Position numbers and translations under genes: made by a program
In this document: positions 10,849 to 20,362 of the stretch, one piece after another
Numbering within the stretch: position 1 is the stretch's first letter
Layout of the letters: every line of letters begins with the position of its first letter
Notes under the pieces: model-generated
What the model was told of the DNA's origin: nothing
Seen by the model: the letters and a program-made list of their open reading frames with translations, nothing else
Databases searched by the model: none
Assembly: GCA_965223335.1 (NCBI GenBank)
Contig: OZ244991.1
Coordinates: 960,001 to 1,024,000, forward strand
Source: Thermodesulfobacteriota bacterium
GTDB taxonomy: Bacteria; Desulfobacterota_D; UBA1144; Nemesobacterales; UBA2774
Direction of reading: 5' to 3'
Length of the DNA stretch: 64,000 nt

Positions 10849-10927
10849 GAGCTCTTAATGTACCTGACTAAAGGGGTTTATAGCCTGCTTCCGTATGCGA
10901 CATACGAGTCCTAGTAAGTAAATGAAT

Positions 10928-12442
10928 TCAACCCAGTTTAACCGGCATAACACCCGTGGCCGTTTTATTTCCTAAGAGCACCTCTACTGCGGCCCTCTGG
11001 CATGACCCGAGACTATCAAACACCACTATCACAGTATCGAACCCGGAAAATGGAGCCACTACATAGGGATTGCCAAATGAGATCAGTACAGATTCCGATT
11101 CACTCCTAGACAAGTTTTTCAGTAGATCTGCATACTCTGGTGTCAGTTGAAACTGCTTCTTCCACGCACCAATTGCCGTGTAAACCAAACATATTATCGG
11201 TTGGTCAGGGGGCTTCATCATCAAGCCAGTTACGTTGTCTCCTGTCACATGGATTAGCTCTAAGCTTAACTCCCGGTCGACAAGGCCCTCCACAAAATCA
11301 TTCGATATATTCGTGGACCCAGTCATATCAAATATATAAGCCGAGCACACCTTAGCCTCTAGTGAGCTTCCTCTAACCTGACAAATTGACCTCTCCGATA
11401 TCTCATTCGATAACGATAATGCCGTCTTATCGTTTTGAGCATCGTCCATATATTCATACGAGCAAATAAATTCCTTCGCCCCCTTAATCCTTGCAAGCGA
11501 TTTATCCAAGTCCTCCTCTCTATACTCACCTGAAAGCAATGAATTGGACAGATGATCTATGAGTTCACACGGACTCTCAGGGTCGAGGATAATATCGCAT
11601 CCGGCATATATTGCTTGTTTTGATATAACCAGCTCACTCCCTATCTCCTTTATCCCCTCCATATGCAGAGAATCTGTAATCACCAGCCCATCATATCCCA
11701 ATTCATTCCTCAAGATCCCGGTTAATATATCGCCTGAGATTGTCGCAGGACTGCTACCTTCTGTTACCCGAGGGAACGACACGTGTGCAGTCATCACAGA
11801 CCCGACCCCACACTCGATCGCCTCTATAAATGGGATTAATTCAATCTCACGAAGCTCATCAACTTTCCTCATCGATATGGGTAAACCCTCGTGTGAATCC
11901 ACATCCACACTGCCGTGTCCCGGAAAGTGCTTTGCACATGCCACCACTCCGTTATCCTGAGCACCGTTAATAAAGCTCCTTACCATTCGGGTAACTCTAG
12001 CAGGGTCGTCCCCATACGAACGCACATTGATAATAGGGTTTTGGGGATTAGTGTTGAGATCGGCTACAGGGGCAAATAACAGGTTCAAACCACACTCCCT
12101 CATCTCCCGCGCTATGCTACTTGACTCTGAATACACAAGGACCTCATCATCCGCAGCACTAAGAGCAATGGCCGAGGGAAATACAGTGCAACCCTCCACT
12201 ATCTGCCCGAGCCCCCTCTCGGCATCGCAGCCGAATAAAAGCGGTGTGTCCGAGAGCGACTGCAGCACTGCCGTGGCACGGGTGAGTTGATCCCTCTTTG
12301 CCCTAAATATTATGAATCCCCCCACACCATAATCCCGTACTAATTCAACTGCCTGCTCCAAAGCACCGTCAATACTAAAATCAATTCTTGGCATTATTAG
12401 TTGAGCGATTTTCCGTGCTCTGCTTAGGTTATCGAATCTCAT
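10928..12442 (-). CDS. nagZ: GH3 beta-N-acetylhexosaminidase
   Basis: KHFPGHGSVDVDSH NagZ signature; ITDSL nucleophile; co-operonic with anmK/murQ. Confidence 0.85.
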   Translation of the reverse strand: MRFDNLSRARKIAQLIMPRIDFSIDGALEQAVELVRDYGVGGFIIFRAKRDQLTRATAVLQSLSDTPLLFGCDAERGLGQIVEGCTVFPSAIALSAADDEVLVYSESSSIAREMRECGLNLLFAPVADLNTNPQNPIINVRSYGDDPARVTRMVRSFINGAQDNGVVACAKHFPGHGSVDVDSHEGLPISMRKVDELREIELIPFIEAIECGVGSVMTAHVSFPRVTEGSSPATISGDILTGILRNELGYDGLVITDSLHMEGIKEIGSELVISKQAIYAGCDIILDPESPCELIDHLSNSLLSGEYREEDLDKSLARIKGAKEFICSYEYMDDAQNDKTALSLSNEISERSICQVRGSSLEAKVCSAYIFDMTGSTNISNDFVEGLVDRELSLELIHVTGDNVTGLMMKPPDQPIICLVYTAIGAWKKQFQLTPEYADLLKNLSRSESESVLISFGNPYVVAPFSGFDTVIVVFDSLGSCQRAAVEVLLGNKTATGVMPVKLG

Positions 12443-12450
12443 AGATTTGG

Positions 12451-13635
12451 TTACTCAAGGGATCCCAACACAATTTTCCCGAGAGGTACATGTCTGCGGG
12501 CTCCGGTAACCGCGGGCAAATTAGCCGAGTTACCCGCAATCAATTCGTTTGCGAGCACTGCAAATGCCAAAGCCTCCTTAGCATCCACCGGTATGCCGTA
12601 ATCGGCAGTCGTAGAACACTTTACCGAGCCGAGCCTCTCAGCCAACCTGCGCATCATCATAGTGTTGTGACACCCGCCCCCGCTTAGGATCACTTCCTTA
12701 ATGTCATGTGTGGGAAAAATAAACTGTTCATACGACAACACTATGGTTTCTACTGTAAGTTCGAGCAGCGTTGCCATTAAGTCCTCGGTCTGTAGCTCCC
12801 CCGATGTTACATACCTGTACAACTCAGTTGCCTTAGATAACCCGAAATGCTCCTCACCCGTGGACTTGGGTGGGCTTTTACGGTAATAAGGATCACTCAA
12901 CAAGACACTTAATAGTTGTGTATTTACAGTGCCTTGCGATGCCATTTGACCATTCTCATCATAGTGAACACCGCCCCCGGACTCAAGGCTCATCACGCTA
13001 TCCATTAGTTTGTTCCCGGGTCCGTTATCAAACGCATAAACCCCGTCCAGTTCCCCGGTCACTACAGTAGAGTTAGCAATACCCCCAATGTTCTGTGCAA
13101 CACGTGTTGCTCCTTCCTTCCTAAAGAGTATGTAATCCAAGTAGGGCACTAGGGGTGCACCCTCACCACCGGCTGCCATATCGCGTGTGCGGAAATCACC
13201 TACGGTAGTAATCCCCGTGCGCTCGGCAATCACATCCAACTCGCCTAACTGTAATGTCGAGGGTGTAGGCGCTCCGACAGACGGGGGATCGTGAAACACG
13301 GTCTGCCCATGAGAGCCTATGAAATCAATATCGGCTCTAGTAACCCCGGATTTATTAATCAAGTCGAGCACTGTATCAGCAAATAACTCCCCAAGCTCGA
13401 AATTCAATCGAGAAATTTCCTCTACTTTAGAGCCCGGCGATAATGCTTCAAGCCGCTTTCGCAAGGAAGACTCATAGGGAATGGATATGAACTTAACAAG
13501 TTCGATAGCGGTATCAGGTCCGCTTCCTTCGAGCCTGACCAATGCAGCATCAACGGCGTCCTTTGATGTGCCTGACATAAGCCCTATAGCTGTTTTTTTC
13601 CGCTTTTCCGCCAATGATTTAAGATGGCTTAGCAT
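12451..13635 (-). CDS. anmK: Anhydro-N-acetylmuramic acid kinase
   Basis: IGLMSGTSxDAVD, GSHGQT, DMAAGGEGAPLVP, NIGGIAN, KEALAFA. Confidence 0.95.
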   Translation of the reverse strand: MLSHLKSLAEKRKKTAIGLMSGTSKDAVDAALVRLEGSGPDTAIELVKFISIPYESSLRKRLEALSPGSKVEEISRLNFELGELFADTVLDLINKSGVTRADIDFIGSHGQTVFHDPPSVGAPTPSTLQLGELDVIAERTGITTVGDFRTRDMAAGGEGAPLVPYLDYILFRKEGATRVAQNIGGIANSTVVTGELDGVYAFDNGPGNKLMDSVMSLESGGGVHYDENGQMASQGTVNTQLLSVLLSDPYYRKSPPKSTGEEHFGLSKATELYRYVTSGELQTEDLMATLLELTVETIVLSYEQFIFPTHDIKEVILSGGGCHNTMMMRRLAERLGSVKCSTTADYGIPVDAKEALAFAVLANELIAGNSANLPAVTGARRHVPLGKIVLGSLE

Positions 13636-13674
13636 AGGATTAAGTAAACGAGTAGCTTTTGAAACCGAAACCTG

Positions 13675-14571
13675 CTACTCCACTATCTCTCTTAGAAATC
13701 CTCTGTGCGTACGCACCAATTCTTTAGCTTTTTTAAATTCAACATCCTTAATCGCCATAACAATAGCTGTCTTCACATCCCAGCGGGCAGCTTCAAGCAA
13801 CTTTTCGGCTTTTCTTTCACCAATACCGGTTAGATGGGTTACTATGCGCACACCCCTGTCTTTAAGCTTTTCCGATTTAGCCTGCAGGTCTACCATCAGG
13901 TTCCCATAAGTCTTACCAATCTTTACCATCGCTGCAGTCGTGATCATGTTTAGCACCATTTTTGTCGCTGTGCCGGCCTTCATCCTGGTCGATCCCACAA
14001 TAACCTCCGGGCCTACCAATAGATTTATGACAACATCGGCAGCGGATTTCGGTGTACGGTTACATGTTATTAAAACAGTCCTACATTTGTGATTCTTTGC
14101 ATACATAAGTGCAGAGTTTACAAATGGTGTAGATCCACTGGCTGCGATACCCACAACAACGTCGTCTTTACCGATGCCAAGTTTTGACAGTGCTTCCCTT
14201 GCCTCTGGGCCCGAATCCTCGGCACCCTCCACCGATCGCACTATGGCTTTTTTGCCCCCTGCGATCACAGCCTGCACCTTCTTTGGCGATACCCCAAACG
14301 TCGGTGGGCACTCCGCAGCCTCCACCACTCCCAAGCGGCCGCTTGTACCCGCACCCACAAACACGATCCTGCCGTCCCCAGCTAAAACATCCGCTACGAT
14401 CCGAACCGCCTTGGCGATACTCTTTTTCTCTTTCTCGATTGCACCGGTGACACTCTTATCCTCCTCTATGATAAGCCCTAGAATCTCTTCGGTGCTAGAC
14501 CTGTCGATATCCTTTGTTTTGGGGTTTATTTTTTCTGTGAGTAAGTGCCCGGTTTTTCTTCTCGTAGCCAT
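13675..14571 (-). CDS. murQ: N-acetylmuramic acid 6-phosphate etherase
   Basis: TEKINP, GAGTSGRLG, ECPPTFG, GPEVIVGSTRMKAGTATK. Confidence 0.96.
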   Translation of the reverse strand: MATRRKTGHLLTEKINPKTKDIDRSSTEEILGLIIEEDKSVTGAIEKEKKSIAKAVRIVADVLAGDGRIVFVGAGTSGRLGVVEAAECPPTFGVSPKKVQAVIAGGKKAIVRSVEGAEDSGPEAREALSKLGIGKDDVVVGIAASGSTPFVNSALMYAKNHKCRTVLITCNRTPKSAADVVINLLVGPEVIVGSTRMKAGTATKMVLNMITTAAMVKIGKTYGNLMVDLQAKSEKLKDRGVRIVTHLTGIGERKAEKLLEAARWDVKTAIVMAIKDVEFKKAKELVRTHRGFLREIVE

Positions 14572-14704
14572 CGCGACTATTATATACTGTTAACAAAATT
14601 ATTTCAGGGTGGACCCCCGCCGAAATTAACAACAATTAATGCTCTAACGATTTAATATCCTGTATTGAAAATAAGTAGTGTCTAGATGATAATAATTAAT
14701 TACT

Positions 14705-14778
14705 GCGGGCGTAGCTCAGCTGGCTAGAGCATAAGCTTCCCAAGCTTAGGGTCGCGGGTTCGAATCCCGTCGCCCGCT
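14705..14778 (+). tRNA. tRNA-Gly (anticodon CCC); 3' CCA not encoded
   Basis: Acceptor stem GCGGGCG/CGCCCGC, D-arm GCTC..GAGC, anticodon arm TAAGC-TTCCCAA-GCTTA, T-loop GGTTCGAATCC. Confidence 0.96.
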
Positions 14779-14830
14779 CATACATTTTTTAACGTTTAGA
14801 GTTGGTTGTGGTTTCTAGAGTGTGGTTTGA

Positions 14831-16411
14831 TTAGGAACTTTTCTTGGACTTCTTGGCTTTTTTGATAATCGGCCCTTTGCCCTCCTTTTTCCCTTTAAAG
14901 TACGCAAGGAGAACCTCGGCTTCGTGAAAAGGCAGTGTTACAAATGAAAAACTATCAAGAATTAGTATATCCCTTATTTTCTTGCTCTTAATCCCACACT
15001 TATTCTGGATAAATTGTATAAGCTTCTTAGACGTCAACCCGTCTTTTTTGCCCTGTGTTACAAAGAGTCTTGTCTTACCCTTTGTATCTACAAGTGCGTT
15101 TCCAATCTCTGTGTAGTTTTTCTCATCGAGCTCATCTTGAAATGAATACTCTAACAACGCCGCAATTATGTCCTCGGCCTGATTCGTCTCCAGAAGCTCA
15201 CGCGACATATCTTCATATTCAGGTCGTAGGCTCGACTTAACTATATCCTCCAAAATAGTCCGTATCCTTAGCTTTTTGGTCTTTATCACATCTTTAACAT
15301 CGGGGAGTTTTTCTTTGCGAATATCTGTTTTTGTTTCCCTGCTTATATATTTAAGCTTCCTGTACTCCTCTGGTGTCACAAACGTTATTGCGATACCCTC
15401 TTTCCCCGCTCTTCCCGTACGCCCTATCCTGTGCACGTATGACTCAGCATCTTGCGGGAGTGCAAAGTTGATGACATGTGTGAGGTCTTGGACATCTATA
15501 CCCCTTGCAGCTACATCCGTCGCTATCAGTATATTTACCAATCGCTTTTTAAACTTGTTAAGAATTTTTTCTCTTTGTGGTTGCGATATGTCCCCGTGAA
15601 GCGCATCGGCATCGTATCCACGCTCAATTAAGTGGTTGGCAATTATGTCCACGTCTTTCTTTGTCCTGCAAAACACAAGACCGTAAAAATCCTCTTCAAT
15701 GTCTATGATCCTGCATAGTGCCTCAAACTTATCCGCAGCGGAAACCTCAAAATATATCTGATCCGTCTGGGCTACTGTAAGCTTGTCCTTTGTAACCCTA
15801 AGTTCTTCATATTCCCCCATATGCTCAGCTGCAATCTGCATAATCTCCTTCGGCATGGTTGCTGAAAAGAGCAATGTCCTTTTGTGAGCAGGGGTATGAT
15901 CCATTATCTTTTCAACATCCTCGAGAAACCCCATATTAAGCATCTCATCGGCTTCATCTAAGACTAGGTAAGAAATCTCACCTAACTCCAAAGTTCCCCG
16001 TCCAATATGGTCGTAAACCCTCCCCGGTGTACCGATGACTATATCAATGCCTTTTTTCAGCAGTCTCAACTGCAGATTTATAGACTGGCCTCCGTAAATG
16101 GGTATTACGGTTAATTTTTTCTTTCCTTTAAGCGAGTGGATCTCCTCTGCTACCTGTATAGCAAGCTCCCTAGTAGGAGTGAGTACAAGGACTTGTACAA
16201 CATCACTATTTTCTTCCAGTAGCTCAACTAAAGGCAGTCCGAACGCCGCTGTTTTGCCAGTACCTGTTTGGGCCTGAGCCACGATGTCTTTACCGCCTTC
16301 AAGTATTGCCGGAATTGTGACTTCCTGGATTGGTGTAGGGACTTCGAAACCCTTCTTCTTGAGGACTTTGAGCGTCCCTTTGGATAAACCTAATTCTTCA
16401 AATGATAGCAT
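14831..16411 (-). CDS. deaD: DEAD-box RNA helicase with C-terminal DbpA RNA-binding domain (DeaD/CsdA-like)
   Basis: Q motif PTPIQ, AQTGTGKT, PTRELA, DEAD, SAT, HRIGRTGRAG. Confidence 0.9.
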   Translation of the reverse strand: MLSFEELGLSKGTLKVLKKKGFEVPTPIQEVTIPAILEGGKDIVAQAQTGTGKTAAFGLPLVELLEENSDVVQVLVLTPTRELAIQVAEEIHSLKGKKKLTVIPIYGGQSINLQLRLLKKGIDIVIGTPGRVYDHIGRGTLELGEISYLVLDEADEMLNMGFLEDVEKIMDHTPAHKRTLLFSATMPKEIMQIAAEHMGEYEELRVTKDKLTVAQTDQIYFEVSAADKFEALCRIIDIEEDFYGLVFCRTKKDVDIIANHLIERGYDADALHGDISQPQREKILNKFKKRLVNILIATDVAARGIDVQDLTHVINFALPQDAESYVHRIGRTGRAGKEGIAITFVTPEEYRKLKYISRETKTDIRKEKLPDVKDVIKTKKLRIRTILEDIVKSSLRPEYEDMSRELLETNQAEDIIAALLEYSFQDELDEKNYTEIGNALVDTKGKTRLFVTQGKKDGLTSKKLIQFIQNKCGIKSKKIRDILILDSFSFVTLPFHEAEVLLAYFKGKKEGKGPIIKKAKKSKKSS

Positions 16412-16760
16412 CTATTATATTACTCCCAATATGTCAGATCATGGTGCACTTAATTCAATTAGAAATTGTAATTCCCAGGAATTGCCATTAATTAATAGTT
16501 AATCTATTTCGGTAACGACAGTGAGTTCTTTGGATTTGGAAATGCATTCTTCATGAATTATCAATTTGCAATCAGTCTGCAAACGATTCGGTACTCATAT
16601 ACGCACATAACTGTTTAATGATTACAATATTTTATACCGTTTCAATCTAAAAGCAATTTATGGTACTTTTCTATAAGTTGAACCCGTACGGTTAGAAGAC
16701 CAGGCTGTTGATGTGCCTTGATTAAAAGAGCCAATCACTTAGTGATCAATGGCAAGAAAA

Positions 16761-17819
16761 TTAATCGCTAGACTTCTCTGAGTTTTTGCTGTTTTGATTT
16801 TCGGTCATGTATTTGACAGCTGACCTCACAAACTTGCTCCTCTCGGCCTCACCCAGTACACCTTTTAAACTGTCATAGATACTGGGATCGATTAAGAGTG
16901 CCCCCAGTGTCCCCTCTCCGCCTCTGAGCATCTCTGAAATCTCGCGGAAGTTGGACATTGTCTCCTGCAGCTCTGTCATAACACCGTCCTCCCCGTTTAG
17001 CTTAGACGTCGCGGTATTGAGATTGGCAAGAGTCGCATCGATATCCTTATTAAATTTCTTATCGAATATGAGGGCATGCAACAGACCATCACCTTCGTTT
17101 ACATTAGTGATAAGTTTGTTTAGCTGGACGAGTGTGTTTTCATCCAGTTTTTTACCGGATTTGGTTTCGGGGCCGTATATCATGGTATGTAAGATGCCGT
17201 CGCCGTTCTCAATTGCCTCCATATTCTTTTGCAACGCTTCAGAGCTCGCTCTTAGAGATAGGAGTGTTTGGTTGATATTCTCAAGGTTCTCTTTATTCTC
17301 AAAGGTCTTAACAATCTGATCCAGGCTCTCAGATATACTGATAATATTTGTCAGGAGCTCACCAGACTGTCCTATAAGGCTCGAGAGCTCCACAGGTGTA
17401 TAGCTCTCGATAAACATCTCATCTGGCAATTTGGTCGGAGGCTCAATCTTTCCCGGCATTAATTCCACATATTTATCTCCCAATAGCCCCTCTGTTCTAA
17501 TTGTAGCCTTTGCATCTGGGTTAATCCTCTTCATACCATTCTTATTTACTCTCATCTTCACTGTAATGCTGTTGTTGTCAGCGGCATCGCTCTCAAAACC
17601 TATTTTAGTCACCGATCCGATCCTCACACCTGAAAGACGCACTGCTGCACCTTTGATCAACCCTGCAGTATTATCAAAAGAAGATGTCAATACGTAGCTC
17701 TTCTCAAAAAATTTACGCTCCCCACTTAAGATCACTGTAATTGCTACAAACGTACAGACCGCTAACAAAACAAACAGTCCAACCCTAAAATTCACCGCAT
17801 GCTGATTCTTCATATACAA
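16761..17819 (-). CDS. mlaD: MCE/MlaD family protein with long helical tail (start may be ATG at 17813)
   Basis: N-terminal TM, GLIKGAAVRLSGVRIG, GLLGDKYVEL. Confidence 0.85.
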   Translation of the reverse strand: MYMKNQHAVNFRVGLFVLLAVCTFVAITVILSGERKFFEKSYVLTSSFDNTAGLIKGAAVRLSGVRIGSVTKIGFESDAADNNSITVKMRVNKNGMKRINPDAKATIRTEGLLGDKYVELMPGKIEPPTKLPDEMFIESYTPVELSSLIGQSGELLTNIISISESLDQIVKTFENKENLENINQTLLSLRASSEALQKNMEAIENGDGILHTMIYGPETKSGKKLDENTLVQLNKLITNVNEGDGLLHALIFDKKFNKDIDATLANLNTATSKLNGEDGVMTELQETMSNFREISEMLRGGEGTLGALLIDPSIYDSLKGVLGEAERSKFVRSAVKYMTENQNSKNSEKSSD

Positions 17820-17901
17820 ATTCTCCCAATACTATTTCTAGTTAAGTTAAATTCGGTTGATTTACAACGCCAAAACCCTTAAAAATGAGTATACGTAACA
17901 A

Positions 17902-17930
17902 TTGACATTTTCTCAAAACCTGTGTTTATT
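17902..17930 (+). promoter_or_regulatory. Sigma70-type promoter for purH
   Basis: TTGACA-17bp-TTTATT. Confidence 0.6.
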
Positions 17931-18049
17931 GTTGGTGCGTACTTACCTCTTGGAGAGGGTGAAATAACGGTAGTGCAACCCGTTAGAATTAAACCATTAA
18001 AATAAGCATTGCGACCATCATATATATCCATTAGGAGAGTTATATAACT

Positions 18050-19612
18050 ATGATCAAGATTAAAAGAGCTATATTAAGCGTATCCAATAAAGACGGGCTC
18101 AGTAATTTTGCCAAGGGACTCTCAGACATTGGAGTGGAGCTTCTCTCAACCGGGGGCACAGCAAAGCTCCTTAAAGACTCGGGGGTGGATGTTACCGAGA
18201 TCGGTCAGTACACAAACTCTCCCGAGATCCTAGGCGGTAGAGTAAAGACTCTCCACCCCAAGATTCATGGCGGTATACTCGGCATCAGAGACGATGACAC
18301 TCACCAATCCGAGATGCAAAGCAACAATATAGAGCCGATTGATATGGTAGTTGTGAATCTGTATCCGTTCGAAGAGGTCATCAAGAAAGAAAATGTAGAG
18401 CTAAGCGAAGCAATAGAGAACATCGATATCGGTGGCCCGACAATGCTTAGATCAGCCGCCAAAAACCATAAGTACGTAGCGATTGTCACAGACCCAGGTG
18501 ACTACGATGCTATATTAGAGGAACTAAACAATAATAACGGCTCTATATCCACTGAAACCGGTTTCAATTTAGCCGTAAAAGCGTTCTCCTATGTAGCACG
18601 CTATGACGGGGCCATATCCAACTACCTTGGTAAAGCCAATTTAGGTGCTGAGGGATCTCAATTCCCCCCCAGTATCGATATACACTTCGATAAGAAAATG
18701 GACCTCCGCTACGGCGAAAACCCCCACCAGCAAGGTGCCTTTTACATCGAATACGGTGTAGACGAACCCTCTGTAGCCACCTCGACTCAGCTCCAGGGTA
18801 AGGAGCTCTCGCTAAATAACATTTATGATACTGACTCTGCACTCGAGGTTGTTAAAGAGTTTACCGAGACCGCATGTGTGGTGGTTAAACATAATAACCC
18901 CTGTGGTGTGGCCACCGGAGAGAGCGCCCTCGATGCGTTTTTAAGGGCTAAGGCCTGCGATCCCATAAGCGCATTCGGCGGCATAGTGGCTTTTAACGTA
19001 GAGGTTGACGAGGCTACTGCAACTGAGCTTGCAAACATGTTTCTAGAGGTTGTAATTGCCCCCGGTTACTCGGATAAAGCCACAGAACTACTTAACACCA
19101 AGAAAAACCTCAGAGTTCTTGAGACCCCGAGCCTGGAACATATCACTCACCATGGATACGACTTTAAAAAGGTGGTAGGCGGTGCACTCATACAGGACCG
19201 TGACCTGGGCACTGATGACGATTTTAGTGAGTACAGGGTAGAGACCAAGAGAAAACCCACAGATGATGAGCTGGAGGCACTTAAATTTGCATGGAAGATA
19301 TGTAAGCACGTTAAGTCCAACGCTATAGTGTTTGCCACCAACGGCCAGACCGTAGGTATAGGTGCCGGTCAGATGAGCCGTGTGGACTCCGTTAAGCTGG
19401 CTACAATGAAAGCCGAGCTCCCCACCAAGGGTGCCGTGCTCGCATCCGATGCCTTCTTCCCCTTCCGCGACGGTATCGACGAAGCTGCTAAGGCCGGGAT
19501 CACCGCTATAGTGCAGCCCGGTGGGTCAATCAAGGACGAAGAAACCATCGCCGCCGCCGATGAGCATGGGATTGCAATGGTATTTACAGGCGTGAGGCAT
19601 TTTAAACACTGA
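18050..19612 (+). CDS. purH: Bifunctional AICAR transformylase/IMP cyclohydrolase
   Basis: GRVKTLHP, IDIGGPTM, LRYGENPHQ, KHNNPCG, SDAFFPFRDG, RHFKH. Confidence 0.98.
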   Translation: MIKIKRAILSVSNKDGLSNFAKGLSDIGVELLSTGGTAKLLKDSGVDVTEIGQYTNSPEILGGRVKTLHPKIHGGILGIRDDDTHQSEMQSNNIEPIDMVVVNLYPFEEVIKKENVELSEAIENIDIGGPTMLRSAAKNHKYVAIVTDPGDYDAILEELNNNNGSISTETGFNLAVKAFSYVARYDGAISNYLGKANLGAEGSQFPPSIDIHFDKKMDLRYGENPHQQGAFYIEYGVDEPSVATSTQLQGKELSLNNIYDTDSALEVVKEFTETACVVVKHNNPCGVATGESALDAFLRAKACDPISAFGGIVAFNVEVDEATATELANMFLEVVIAPGYSDKATELLNTKKNLRVLETPSLEHITHHGYDFKKVVGGALIQDRDLGTDDDFSEYRVETKRKPTDDELEALKFAWKICKHVKSNAIVFATNGQTVGIGAGQMSRVDSVKLATMKAELPTKGAVLASDAFFPFRDGIDEAAKAGITAIVQPGGSIKDEETIAAADEHGIAMVFTGVRHFKH

Positions 19613-19698
19613 TAACGATACGCTGTATACCCATGCACCTCTATCTCTTACCCCCTTTGACCCGGCAGTTTTAGCCTTATATACTGCATATATTCATC

Positions 19699-20283
19699 AT
19701 GCAGATTAAGATCTACTACGATTACAACTGCCCCTACTGCTACCTATTGTCTAACAGGATCGACGTTCTAAAAGACGAATTTGATTTGGATATAGACTGG
19801 AAGGGCCTAGAGATCCACCCCGAGTACCCCCCGGAGGGAAAAACTGTAAAGAAATCCAACAGGTCTCGTGCAATTGCAAGGACTATAGAGCAAGAGGCCG
19901 AGCAAGACTCGGTTATAATAAAATTACGGGGAAAGCTATATAACTCACGGCTTTGTCTTTTTGTGTCCGAGTACGCCAAATCCAAAGGTCTCTTTGACCG
20001 GTTCCATAAAAACACATATAAGGCCTATTTCCAGGACGGACTTAATATAGGTGAGCTAGAGACAGTGCTTGAGATCGCCGATATCAGTGATCTGGATGTA
20101 GGTGAAGTTAAATATCATATAGACCAAGGAACATACTACGAGACCCTAAAGCAGAATAGGAATGAGGCTAAAGCCGATGTTGTACTGGGTGTGCCTACAA
20201 TGTTCTTCGGTGCCATGCCTGTCCACGGTGCCCAATCTCTGGGTTCCATCCGCTCTATAATAAAAAAAGCCCTTCTCCCGTAA
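19699..20283 (+). CDS. DsbA/FrnE-like thioredoxin-fold oxidoreductase
   Basis: YYDYNCPYC, GVPT cis-Pro loop, GAQS. Confidence 0.85.
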   Translation: MQIKIYYDYNCPYCYLLSNRIDVLKDEFDLDIDWKGLEIHPEYPPEGKTVKKSNRSRAIARTIEQEAEQDSVIIKLRGKLYNSRLCLFVSEYAKSKGLFDRFHKNTYKAYFQDGLNIGELETVLEIADISDLDVGEVKYHIDQGTYYETLKQNRNEAKADVVLGVPTMFFGAMPVHGAQSLGSIRSIIKKALLP

Positions 20284-20303
20284 GGAAGAAGGGCTTAATT
20301 TTT
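20262..20303. terminator. Bidirectional intrinsic terminator between convergent genes
   Basis: Stem AAGCCCTTCT/AGAAGGGCTT flanked by an A-tract and a T-tract. Confidence 0.75.
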
Positions 20304-20362
20304 ACTCTCCAGTGCATATTTAATTCACACTAAAAGTGTGTCATCGCCCCGGAGTTTAGTTT

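Noticed and set aside
14705..16760. Genomic island integrated at tRNA-Gly carrying deaD
   Set aside because: No integrase, and no duplicate of the tRNA 3' end was found in the window.
17937..18049. ZMP/ZTP (pfl) riboswitch
   Set aside because: The conserved GACTGGCG and CGCCTGGG elements are absent.
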